Positions 52,683 through 64,000 of a DNA stretch of 64,000 bases are shown here, one piece after another (position 1 is the stretch's first letter; each line of letters begins with the position of its first letter). Origin of the DNA: Eledone cirrhosa. Its lineage: Eukaryota. The position numbers and the translations under genes were made by a program. The stretch spans positions 221,464,001 to 221,528,000 of the forward strand of contig OZ024742.1 in NCBI GenBank assembly GCA_964016885.1, in the 5' to 3' direction. The notes beneath the pieces were generated by a model. The model worked only from the letters and a program-made list of their open reading frames with translations. It ran no database searches and was not told the origin of the DNA.

Positions 52683-53221
52683 ATGTGCGTGAAGGCTTAA
52701 CGATTATGCTGGACAAATAGGTAGGTGTTGTACATAAGACACAGTAGAGATTCACAGGTTGTTGTTTTAACAGAAAAACAACAATAGTGGCTACAGGGGT
52801 GTGTTTATTTAGTGGTTGGTAAATTATATAAAGTGACACATACTGAAAATACCAAATATGTTATGGGTTAGGTGGGAGTTAGAATAAGAAAAAAGAAATA
52901 GCTAACCGTTTGTAGATTCTTAAATACATAGAAGGAAATATATTTGATGTGGTCTGAAGTAATAGCTATCGGCCCACTTGCATTTTGGACGTCATGTGAT
53001 TCACTTCGGTGAGCATATTTTAAAGTCCCCATTGAAAAATTATTCCGTTTTTTTTTTATTTGTCATTAGTTTGATCAACCGAAAGGAATGAAATGGTGTT
53101 TCGTTTTTCATTAATTTGTATTAAAATGGAAGGGCAAAAGAAGAAAAAAAAGACCGAATGAGTTATCCAGTTTGTTTTACAGGATACGATCGTGTTTTAT
53201 TCAAATATATTCATATAATAA

Positions 53222-53400
53222 TTGTTTCTACTTTAGGCACAAGGCCAGCAATTACCCAGTGCATTACTGGTACTTTATTTTATCGACCCCGTAAGGATGA
53301 AAGGCAAAGTCAACCTCGGCGGGATTTGAACTCAGATCGTAAAGGGACGTAACTATGCTGGAAAGCATGGCGTCCGACCCTCTACCGATACTGCCAATCC
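53222..53400 (-). mobile_element. SINE copy with CpGs retained
   Basis: Reverse complement of 53763-53947. Confidence 0.85.
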
Positions 53401-53420
53401 ACATCAACCATAATAATATA

Positions 53421-53744
53421 CCGTGTGCTTGGCCCCCGGTATTCGCGGGGGGTTACGGTCCTAGAGCACCTGCAAAGAGTGAAAAACCGCGAATATAGGA
53501 CGTGGTCCATAAAAATGCCTATAAAAGTCAAAACATAGACCGGCAAATATGGTATATTGTTAATAATTTAGCGTTAAAAAGCATGAAAAAATATATGTTG
53601 CCACAAAAATATGCAGAAAAAAAATCGAGGAAGATATTTACAATTCCGCGAATATGAGGTGGTTTCCGCGAACAATTATTAGTTAGGCGCTAAGGGAAAT
53701 TCCGCGAATAACCGGGACCGCGAATGCCGGGTGTATACAGTGTG
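53421..53744. mobile_element. Tigger/pogo-like MITE
   Basis: ccggtattcgcgg versus ccgcgaatgccgg inverted ends, repeated ccgcgaa, TA flanks. Confidence 0.6.
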
Positions 53745-53762
53745 TATGTATATATATATCTA

Positions 53763-53947
53763 TCGCGGTGGATTGGCAGTATCGGTAGAGGGTTGGACGC
53801 CATGCTTTCTAGCATAGTTACGTCCCTTTACAGTCTGAGTTCAAATCTCGCCGAGGTTAACTATGCCTTTCATCCTTATGGGGTCGATAAAATAAAGTAC
53901 CAGTAATGTGCTGGGTAATTGCTGGCCTTGTGCCTAAAGTAGAAACA
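53763..53947 (+). mobile_element. SINE copy with CpGs retained
   Basis: gcggtggattggcagtatcggtag head, GAGTTCAAATC B box, family body. Confidence 0.85.
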
Positions 53948-54132
53948 TATTTAATATAGAAGTAACTTATACAGGACTAGAACTGATTCATTCGTATGAA
54001 ATCATCAAGCATTCCTCATAATTTCATAAGAATGAAACAGTTCTAGTCCTGTAGAAGCCATTTATATATATTAAATATTGATGTATTGAGTACCTTATTT
54101 ACTGTGAATACCCCCGATTGAAGTCGGTATCT

Positions 54133-54179
<47 letters not shown>

Positions 54180-55262
54180 GTAATAATAATAAAATTGAAG
54201 ACTAAAATCCAGAGAGGGCTCGATAAGGAAAATATATATCAAATATATAAGAACCGAAGAGCAAATATTTATTAAAATAACAGATTAAAGTTTAAGCAAA
54301 GAATCGCTGCTTTCACCCTTAACGGGATCTTCTGAAACTAACAAAGTCAATCTGTAAACGCAGAACTGGATATTTCAAAAAACGTTGCAACCGGAGGAAG
54401 ACAGGAAGACGATACTTTGGTTCATGGTGACGTTCGCTGGCAAAGAACGGGAAAAAACGAATAATACGTCATTAATAGGAGCGGTGAAAAACAAAAACGT
54501 GCAAGGACAGAACCACGTTTATGGTATAAAAGAGGTCGTAGACTAATGTTCTCTAAGTGGTGCATAGAGACGTTCTCTGGCAATGAACGAAAAAACGAAG
54601 ATAATAAGTCATATGTGGAACGTGGAGAACAATAGCGTGCAAAGACAAAACCACGTAAATGGTATAGCAGAGGTCGTAGACTAAAATTCTAACTAGGAGA
54701 CCGAATGAATCTCCGCTACAGAGTTAATAACAAAGTAAATAAATACAATACAGAAGTAATAGGAACAAATAAATACATACACGCAAACAGATACGTACAT
54801 ACACAAGCATACACAAAACCTTACCATAGGTATACAAAACCACGCACATATAAATATGTGTATGTGTGTATGCTTGTGTACAAATAAATAAATAATTATA
54901 TAAACGTATATAAGTAAATAAATACGTATATAACAAGCGCACACACATACCTACAAATAAATACAAGAAGGTTCGGAGACGTAAGTCAACTAAAACAAGA
55001 AGTACACATATACACACACCCACCATACGTACGAACCTGCATACTCACGCAGACGCAAAACTCCCAAATACACATAACCAAGCCCTAAATACCAGAATAT
55101 GTAAAAATTATACGCCAAGACAGTCAAATATACGTACGAGAAGGTATACATACCTTCACAAAACATACGGGTAATATATACTTACCTATGCAAATAAGTA
55201 AAGGAATAAACAAAACATATACTTAGCTCCCACATCAAGACGTAAATATCCACGTATAGATC

Positions 55263-55754
55263 AGCCCGATTCCTACAATTACAGTTAGTACTAACTACAG
55301 GGTTGCACGTGTTCCTACGGCTAGGTATTTTAGCCGTTGTCCCCTATCCGGGAAATGCCTCTCTAGTAACATTGTCTACAAATGTAAGGTTGTAACACCC
55401 ACGTCCCGTAGGGCCTACATAGGGTTAACCGCCAATAGTTTCAAGCAGCGTCTTTACATGCATACCCATTCTTTTCGTTACCCTCTAAGAAGGAATATGA
55501 CGTCACTTTCAGCTTATATCTGGAGTCTAAAAGACAACCACACCCAATATAAGTTACACTGGGAGATCCTAGTTAGGGCTAGATCGTATTACGGAAATAA
55601 AAGACCATGTGACCTCTGCGCCGCTGAGGCCCTGGAAATACTCTACGCCACAGACCACATCTTAAACAAAAAATCTGAGGCAATTTCGGCTTGTAAACAT
55701 AAATTGCACAAAACTTTCCTGTATTACAGCCCTACGTTATACCCTAACGGATAG
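55263..55754 (+). pseudogene. PLE GIY-YIG endonuclease fragment
   Basis: Open frame from 55263: CPLSGKCLSSNIVY...YIGLTANSFKQR..H...TSLSAYIW...CDLCAAE...LNKKSE...CKH. Confidence 0.85.
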
Positions 55755-56680
55755 CACGATCTATACGTGGATATTTACGTCTTGATGTGGGAGCTAAGTA
55801 TATGTTTTATTTATTCCTTTACTTATTTGCATAGGTAAGTATATATTACCCGTATGTTTTGTGAAGGTATGTATACCTTCTCGTACGTATATTTGACTGT
55901 CTTGGCGTATAATTTTTACATATTCTGGTATTTAGGGCTTGGTTATGTGTATTTGGGAGTTTTGCGTCTGCGTGAGTATGCAGGTTCGTACGTATGGTGG
56001 GTGTGTGTATATGTGTACTTCTTGTTTTAGTTGACTTACGTCTCCGAACCTTCTTGTATTTATTTGTAGGTATGTGTGTGCGCTTGTTATATACGTATTT
56101 ATTTACTTATATACGTTTATATAATTATTTATTTATTTGTACACAAGCATACACACATACACATATTTATATGTGCGTGGTTTTGTATACCTATGGTAAG
56201 GTTTTGTGTATGCTTGTGTATGTACGTATCTGTTTGCGTGTATGTATTTATTTGTTCCTATTACTTCTGTATTGTATTTATTTACTTTGTTATTAACTCT
56301 GTAGCGGAGATTCATTCGGTCTCCTAGTTAGAATGTTAGTCTACGACTTCTGCTATACCATTTACGTGGTTTTGTCTTTGCACGCTATTGTTCTCCACGT
56401 TCCACATATGACTTATTATCTTCGTTTTTTCGTTCATTGCCAGAGAACGTCTCTATGCACCACTTAGAGAACATTAGTCTACGACCTCTTTTATACCATA
56501 AACGTGGTTCTGTCCTTGCACGTTTTTGTTTTTCACCGCTCCTATTAATGACGTATTATTCGTTTTTTCCCGTTCTTTGCCAGCGAACGTCACCATGAAC
56601 CAAAGTATCGTCTTCCTGTCTTCCTCCGGTTGCAACGTTTTTTGAAATATCCAGTTCTGCGTTTACAGATTGACTTTGTT

Positions 56681-56731
56681 AGTTTCAGAAGATCCCGTTA
56701 AGGGTGAAAGCAGCGATTCTTTGCTTAAACT
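56681..56731 (+). ncRNA. Hammerhead-like motif with variant core CAGAAGA; mirror copy at 54289-54339 on the minus strand
   Basis: AGUUU-CAGAAGA-UCCC guuaa GGGU-GAA-AGCA..UGCU-U-AAACU: all three stems form. Confidence 0.65.
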
Positions 56732-56902
56732 TTAATCTGTTATTTTAATAAATATATATATATATATATATATGGAAAGTTATATTTAAATTGTTGTGTT
56801 ACAACTAGTAAATATTTATAACTGATATAAAAGCACTCGACAAATATTTGGAGTATATTTACAATATTAAATAAATGGAAACTATATTTATAAAACCATA
56901 TT

Positions 56903-56968
56903 TATTTCATTATATATATTTCAGGGATAACATATTAACAATATGCTATGCCTTCCTCAGACAAAATA
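56903..56968 (-). ncRNA. Type I hammerhead ribozyme, mirror copy
   Basis: Reverse complement of 57583-57648. Confidence 0.82.
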
Positions 56969-57582
56969 CAATATAAACAGTTTTATAGATAAATAGATTC
57001 GACATACCGTAACAACATCTACTTGCATTTGAGAAGGTTGATTTGGTTGTGACAAAATTGTACACAGAGAGAAAGAAAGAGAGAGAGAAAGAGAGAAAAA
57101 GAGAGAAAAAAACATATCTTTTTTTTTTTTTCTCTCTCTATATTTTTTCTCTCCCTATATAACAGCTGGTTTTCCCTCCATATATCTCCCTTACATTAAT
57201 ACTAGAGCTAAATAAATAAATAAATAAATAAATGTATCATTGATACGTTATTCACCAGTTGTCCCACTACCTAGCTTTCTATATATGTATCTATCTCTAT
57301 TTCCTCTCTCTCTCTATATATATATCTCTTTCTGTTTCTTTACATGAAGTTCTTCTCTTTATCTATCTTTCCATCTCTCTATTTTGTTCCATGCATTTCT
57401 TCTTTTTCTTTTTCTTCCTTTTCTGTCTTTCTTTCCTTTTTTTTTCTCTCTTTTTCTCTCTTTCTCTCTCTCTTTCTTTCTCTCTGTGTACAATTTTGTC
57501 ACAACCAAATCAACCTTCTCAAATGCAAGTAGATGTTGTTACGGTATGTCGAATCTATTTATCTATAAAACTGTTTATATTG

Positions 57583-57648
57583 TATTTTGTCTGAGGAAGG
57601 CATAGCATATTGTTAATATGTTATCCCTGAAATATATATAATGAAATA
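57583..57648 (+). ncRNA. Type I hammerhead ribozyme, intact core
   Basis: UAUUUUGU-CUGAGGA-AGGcAUAGCAUAUU guu AAUAUGUUAUcCCU-GAA-AUAUAUAU-A-AUGAAAUA. Confidence 0.82.
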
Positions 57649-57685
57649 AATATGGTTTTATAAATATAGTTTCCATTTATTTAAT

Positions 57686-57918
<233 letters not shown>

Positions 57919-59012
57919 GTGTGCGTTTGTGTGTGTGTGTTTGTGTGTTTGTAACTTTAAAATTTACTCATACAAATGCACCCACACTGCATTTCCTACC
58001 TCAGTCATGTTACTACAAGAAGTTCGCTTTCCAATCACAAGGTCTTGGGTTTTAACTCTACATTTGTTCTTCTAAATTGTTATTCATATATTTAACTCAG
58101 TATGTTATCTGTATGTTATTTATGTCTATAAACGAAGTATGTTATCTGTACGTTATTTATGTAATAAATGAAGCCAAATTTTAAACATTTGATTTATTTA
58201 TTTTATTTTATTTTACATTACTCCGGAGTAATCAAACCAACCTGCGCACTTCGTCGAGTGTTCCAATCTGCATACTGAGGTGTTGGTATACAACCAACAT
58301 ATACTCAAAATTTATATATATATAGATATACTAGACCACCCATGACCCGTTGGGTCACGTTCACTTGAAAATATTTTTTTAAAATCATGTTGACGTGAAA
58401 ATATTTTTTAAATAATTAAAATATAGACAGACATGTATATAATGTGAAATGAAACTGGAAGGCCCATATATATACATGTGTGTATGTATATATACAAATG
58501 TGTGTGCTTGTATATATGTATATATGTATACATATATATATATATATATATATATGAATAAAGTTAGTCCTTCATCAGTGATCTTCCAACCATCATTGGT
58601 ATTTCATCGCTTTAAAGACCATATACCTCCGGTTGGTGCGAGCAACGGCTAAAAAAAGTCGTTGGGACACGTAAATAAAGGGGACAAGAGTGTAAACAAC
58701 AAAAATGGTGAGCAACGAAAAGTGAGGAAGAAGAAGTCAAGTCCCAAATTTCTATGAATTTAAATTCGGTGAAAGCGTGAACGAGAGAGAATAAAGACCA
58801 TCAAACCTGGTTGGAATGTAAGCAAGGAAGGAATTCCGTACAGGTCTAACGGGAGGAAGAAGGGATCTAGTCTGTGATTTCGGTGAACGTGAGTTCTGTG
58901 AAATCGTAGACGAGAGAGAGAAAAAGAACGACCTGCTAGACCAAGAGTGCGAAAGAAAAGAATTGCGCACAGGTCAAACAGGAAGAAGGAGGAGGAGGAG
59001 GGTAGTAACAGA

Positions 59013-59099
<87 letters not shown>

Positions 59100-59167
59100 C
59101 ATATGTATATATATATATGTATAAGTATATATATATGTGTGTATGTGTGTGTATATATATATATATA

Positions 59168-59512
59168 TATTGTTATGCTTTGGGAGGGTCATGTTGCCAA
59201 TAAGAAACACACGCACCAGTTTGTGCCTCTCCTTTGTTCTGTCCTACGCCATCTTGTTGAGATGGCGTAGGACAGAACAAAGGAGAGGCACAAAAACAAA
59301 GAAAAGAATCCCCAGTCACTGAAGAGGTCACAGAATGTGTGACGAAAGAACTTTGACAATATATGAACAATCGTCTGGTTGTGGAACCAACCAACCAACC
59401 GGAAATTTATAAATTCCTAAATTTATAAATTTAATTTATAATAAATTGAAGTGAAAGCAACTGGTGCGTGTGTTTCTTATTGCAACATGACCCTGCCAAA
59501 GCATAACAATAT
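59168..59512 (+). mobile_element. Non-coding rearranged pseudo-LTR of the 61.6-64 kb PLE family
   Basis: About 59262-59512 is the reverse complement of 61621-61872; terminal inverted repeats of about 54 bp; internal 33-bp hairpin at 59221-59294. Confidence 0.85.
59314..59358 (+). ncRNA. Minimal type I hammerhead ribozyme
   Basis: GUCA-CUGAAGA-g-GUCAC agaaugu GUGAC-GAA-AGAACU-U-UGAC. Confidence 0.78.
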
Positions 59513-59582
59513 CGGTTTCAACACACGTTTTCAGATAAAGAATCTTGCTAAACAAATTCAGAAACGAAATATATATATATAT

Positions 59583-60889
59583 ATAAAGAATTAGTATATC
59601 TACCAACATATATATACAGATGTATAGCTATGCAAGCAAATATATAGGTTTTGTCTTAGTAACTTTGTGGTTCAATGCAAGGGGATGCAGAACAATTATA
59701 TGAAAAACGTAAAATAAGAAAATTATAGTAATTAGCTTACTTACTTAAATTTCACTCCAACTAATTAGTTTCTGAAAGGGAATATACATAGTCTCCAAAT
59801 GGAGATCATGGAGAAACCTTTTCGTCACCAGGGAGTCATTCTCAGCTAAGATACCTGGCGATGCGCGGACACAGGGAACTTATACAAAAATATTCAGTGG
59901 ATGGAAAAGAGCAAGCGGGGTCACTGAAAAAATCACTGCCTTCTTGTTCGGTAGCAAATTCAAAAGAATCAATCACGTGACATCGAGGTTAATCAGTGAG
60001 GAGTGGGTGTTAAAAAGACAGTAGCCAAGCTGTTTCCTCACTGATTAACCTCGATGTCAGGTGATTGATTCTTTTGAATTTGCTATCGAATAAGAAGGCA
60101 GTGATTTTTTCAGTGTCGCCGCTTGCTCTTTTCCATCCACTGAATATTTTTGTATAAGTTCCCTGTGTCCGCGCATCGCCAGGTATCTTAGCTGAGAATG
60201 ACTCCCTGGTGACGAAAAGGTTTCTCCATGATCTCCATTTGGAGACTATGTATATTCCCTTTCAGACACTAATTAGTTGGAGTGAAATTTAAGTAAGCTA
60301 ATTACTATAATTTTCTTATTTTACGTTTTTCATATAATTGTTCTGCATCCCATTGCATTGAGTCACAAAGTTACTAAGACAAAACCGATATATTTGCTTG
60401 CATATGTATACATCTGTATATATATGTTGGTAGATATACTAATTCTTTATAATTATCTCCAAATTATTTTGTTGAGCAAAAATTTGCCAAAATTACTACT
60501 ATAGTTCATAGTAACAGCTTGGCTACTGTCTTTTTAACTCCTCACTGATTAACCTCGATGTCACGTGTAACTCCTCACTGATTAACCTCGATGTCACGTG
60601 ATTGATTCTTTTGAATTTGCTACCGAACAAGAAGGCAGTGATTTTTTCAGTGTCTTGGAATTTAGTCCCCGCTTGCTCTTTTCCATCCACTGAATATTTT
60701 TGTATAAGTTCCCTCTATCCGCGCATCGCCAGATATCTTAGCTGAGAATGACTCACTGATGACGAAAAGGTTTCTCCATGATCTCCATTTGGAGACTATG
60801 TATATTCCCTTTCAGAAACTAATTAGTTGGAGTGAAATTTAAGTAAGTAAGCTAATTACTATAATTTTCTTATTTTACGTTTTTCATAT
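59583..60889. repeat. Triplicated pseudo-LTR: one inverted plus two tandem copies of about 400 bp
   Basis: 59583-60034 (minus), 60035-60450 (plus), 60513-60889 (plus). Confidence 0.88.
60751..60833 (+). ncRNA. Type I hammerhead with extended stem II; core-mutated siblings at 60201-60283 (+) and 59754-59836 (-)
   Basis: ACUCa-CUGAUGA-about 50-nt stem II-GAA-ACUAAUUAGU-U-gGAGU. Confidence 0.72.
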
Positions 60890-61283
60890 ATATACAGGTG
60901 TCTGTGATCTATATGCACTGGTCCTAGACACACACACATATGTATATATACACAACAACACCACCAGCTCTCTTCCATTCTCCTTCTCTGTCTCCTCTCA
61001 CTCTCTCTATATCTCTATTTCAATCAACTCTCTCACAACCACTATCTCTTTCTCTCCACCCTTCTCTCTCTCATTTTGTGAAGGCACTTAGAAAACCCCC
61101 TATCTCGGGAACCCGTGGTCCGATTTACGCTAAAGTTGTTTTATTCCATTTGTATTCCCATTTCAAGGGCAACTTCTTTTCAAAGTATTTTCCCATTATG
61201 CACCCTTTTGGCTGTATTACATTACAGACAAGCAAGCAATCACAGACTTTTAGTAATATATATGTGTGTATGTGTGTGTGTGC

Positions 61284-61327
<44 letters not shown>

Positions 61328-61330
61328 TAG

Positions 61331-61380
<50 letters not shown>

Positions 61381-61465
61381 TGTATGTATGTATATGTATG
61401 TATATATATATATATATATTATGGAATACTGTTGGCTTTTTGCTACAATGTTTTCTATACTTTTC

Positions 61466-61529
<64 letters not shown>

Positions 61530-61540
61530 GTATATATATG

Positions 61541-61629
<89 letters not shown>

Positions 61630-61775
61630 ATACTTTGGGAGGGTCATGTTGCCAATAAGAAACACACGCACCAGTTGCTTTCACTTCAGTTTATTATATA
61701 TTTATAAATTTACAAATTTATAAATTTATAAATTTCTGGTTGGTTGGTTCCACAACCAGATAGTTGTTTATATAT

Positions 61776-61820
61776 AGTCATAGTCCTTTCGTAACACACT
61801 CTGTGACCTCTTCAGTGACT
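61776..61820 (-). ncRNA. Minimal type I hammerhead in the PLE 3' pseudo-LTR
   Basis: AGUCA-CUGAAGA-g-GUCAC agagugu GUUAC-GAA-AGGACU-A-UGACU. Confidence 0.78.
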
Positions 61821-62034
61821 GGGGATTCCTTTCTTTGTTTCTGTGCCTCTCCTTTGTTCTGTCCTACGCCATTTTGTTTCTGTGTGTGTGTTGTGTGCTC
61901 AGTCTGCGCATGCGCCACATCCGGGTGTCTGTGTGTGTTTATGTTCATTTATCTATTTGTTTATTTATTTATTTATTTACATGTTACTGGTTGGTTGTTT
62001 GTTCTATGTGTGTGTGTGTGTTTTCATTTTGTCC

Positions 62035-63999
62035 TTAATTGTAAGTTGTGATGTTGCTGTTCCACTCATATTTTCTATTTAATTTTGGTTGTAATTCTTT
62101 TATGTTTATTGCCTCTGTAATTTGTCTAAACATTGCATCTTTTCTGTGTGTGGATTCTATTTTTATTTCTATGTTCTCTAATTTACCCTTGTGTTCTATC
62201 TTAGCATGTTGGTAGAGTACAGATGATTCTTTATTATCTTGAAGGTCTCACCAGTGTTCATTTATCCGTTCCCCTATACTACGAGCTGTCTCACCTATGT
62301 ACACTATATTTTTGTCTCTACATTGTCCTTCAGTACATCTTATGCTATACACTACATTTCTAGTTTTACAGTTAATATGGGGGCTTATTTTACAGGTTAT
62401 ACATTTCTTATCTATACATGAGGGTCTTTGAAAAGGGTATGTCTTGCTAATAAGTGTTTTTACGGAGGTACCTGGTCTTTCTACTATCTTAATATTGAGT
62501 TTATGTTTATTTAGGGCCCTTCTAAATTTGTAGGCTAGTTCGCCTCTAGGGGTTGTATCGATGAACATTACACTCTGGTATTTATTGCTATCATACCATG
62601 AGTTTATTCTATTAGCCTTGTTCCTAGTTCTTTCTATTCTATTCCAAAATTTGCTCCTATACAAGGGGCAGGTCCCATTTATGTCATTATTTACCATTTT
62701 TTCCCATTTGGTTCTGGCTCCTCTATACACTCTGATTCTATCTCTCTGATTGTAGCCAGAGAACTGCATACGGTGGATGAAGTGTTGTATGTGTCTCTCT
62801 AGTTCTTCGGGGTTGCACATGCGGGACACATTTTTCATCACCCGTACCAAATCCGCAATCAGTATGTTGATTTTGGTATGGTCCGAAATGGCCGAGTTTC
62901 GGTGGATCAGATGTTTGGAAGTCATGGGTTTGGCATAATGGGAATGGAGGATTTGTTTTTTGTTGTTAATGGTATCTAACCAGAGCTCTGTGTCTAGTAC
63001 AGGTAATCGATGGTTGGGGTGTTTACTTGGGTAGTCTATAGTAACTCTAATGCTTTGGTGGATGGAGTTTGCTATTTGCTGGATGCTTTCCCTTGTGTTT
63101 TTCTCTAGTTCCTGACTGTTCTCTAGTGGGGGTGTCTTAACTACGATGTTTATGTCATCTACGTAGCGGGAGTACATTATCAGGGTTAAGGGGTCTTCTA
63201 ATTGTTCTTTAAGTTTAAGTTTAAGTCTACTGTCCCACCATACCATGAATAAGTTAGCTATGTCGCCTGCAATGCTAACACCAATGGCTGCTCCTTCCTC
63301 TTGGGCATATGTTTTTCCATTAAATTTGAACATATGTTCCTTAAGGGTTAGTTTTATGCTGGCCCATACCGCATGTGCAATCATTTTCTTCAGTTCATCG
63401 TGGTTTTCGGGTGTCCGTATGGCTCTGGTCCACCCGTTCCATCTATCTGTGTGGGTTTTCTTGGCCATTGAGGTAATGGTAGGTGGTCTGCCTCTTGCTG
63501 GTCTTGTAGGGCACAGGTTGCTAAGGTCATATGTGTCTAGGTAACTATTACTATAGGTAAGCTTAAGTAGAGGTCCCAGCTCACTGGTATCAATCCCACG
63601 GAACTCAACCTTGCTCTCACTGATCATTTCTACGCATTTCTCCACAGCAAAATCCACGTCAATAGATGGATACAGGGACACAACATCCATACTGCCTATT
63701 ATGCAGTTTGTTAGGTCCCCAGATCGGTTACCCACGCCGATTCTGCTGAGGAGGTCCTCCGTGCTGTCACATACATCTGGGGACATTTCAATGATGGGGC
63801 GTATGATCAGGGAGAGGAAGTAGGACAGTCTGTAGTTACTAGCAATGTTAGCTCCACAGACTGGCCGTGTTGGTGGTCCCGCGACAGGGTCACAGCCCGT
63901 TTTATGGTCTTTTCGAAGCCCATACAACGCCGGCACGTCATTGTTCCAGGCCTGGAAGTTGTTGGCAGTCCTTTTGTTGGGCTGCATTATATTCGTCCA
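62035..63999 (-). CDS. PLE RT/GIY-YIG ORF with an in-frame TGA at 62248-62250
   Basis: Frame open from the window edge; 70 more codons after the TGA (DLQDNKESSVLYQH...RQITEAINI...LNRKYEW) to TAA at 62035-62037. Confidence 0.85.
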
Positions 64000-64000
64000 C

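Larger units (their letters stand above)
54265..56755 (+). mobile_element. 5'-truncated Penelope-like element: two 998-bp inverted arms around a GIY-YIG fragment
   Basis: 54265-55262 is the reverse complement of 55758-56755 (three mismatches noticed); the spacer encodes an endonuclease. Confidence 0.92.
61621..64000 (-). mobile_element. Penelope-like element (RT + GIY-YIG + 3' pseudo-LTR), continues beyond the window
   Basis: LYGLRKDHK, SMDVVSLYPSI, QEEGAAIG, RYVDD, LPVLD, NVVY..YIGETAR; hammerhead in the 3' repeat. Confidence 0.93.

Noticed and set aside
54693-56327. Duplicate ORFs at 54693-55026 and 55994-56327
   Set aside because: Low-complexity translations mirrored by the inverted repeat, with no domain signature
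58560-58620. CTGATGA on the minus strand near 58572-58578
   Set aside because: No downstream GAAA or stem II before the (TA)n tract
58328-61260. Possible Helentron-associated ends (tactag...gacccg at 58328; acagac...ttttagtaatata at 61223-61260)
   Set aside because: Resemblance only; the two ends could not be tied to one element by eye

Overview
Repeat-saturated eukaryotic DNA, most likely from an octopus-like cephalopod (inferred from SINE/RTE families and the (TA)n/(GAT)n microsatellite load). Two coding exons of the host gene WASHC5 (strumpellin) lie on the minus strand at 23233-23457 and 16561-16667. Its introns hold many RTE-clade LINEs (two near full-length, with a PHD-type finger inside the RT), tRNA-derived SINEs, a 7.5-kb 67-bp satellite and a 3.4-kb 25-bp minisatellite. 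Tx1/L1, CR1, CRE and DD37D transposon fragments are also present. The most striking unannotated layer is a set of Penelope-like element (PLE) pseudo-LTRs arranged as inverted repeats. They carry about seven distinct families of type I hammerhead ribozyme motifs (some intact, some degenerate), clustered at 2-4.8 kb and 53.9-62 kb. All folds and alignments were done by eye; no searches were run and repeat boundaries are approximate.
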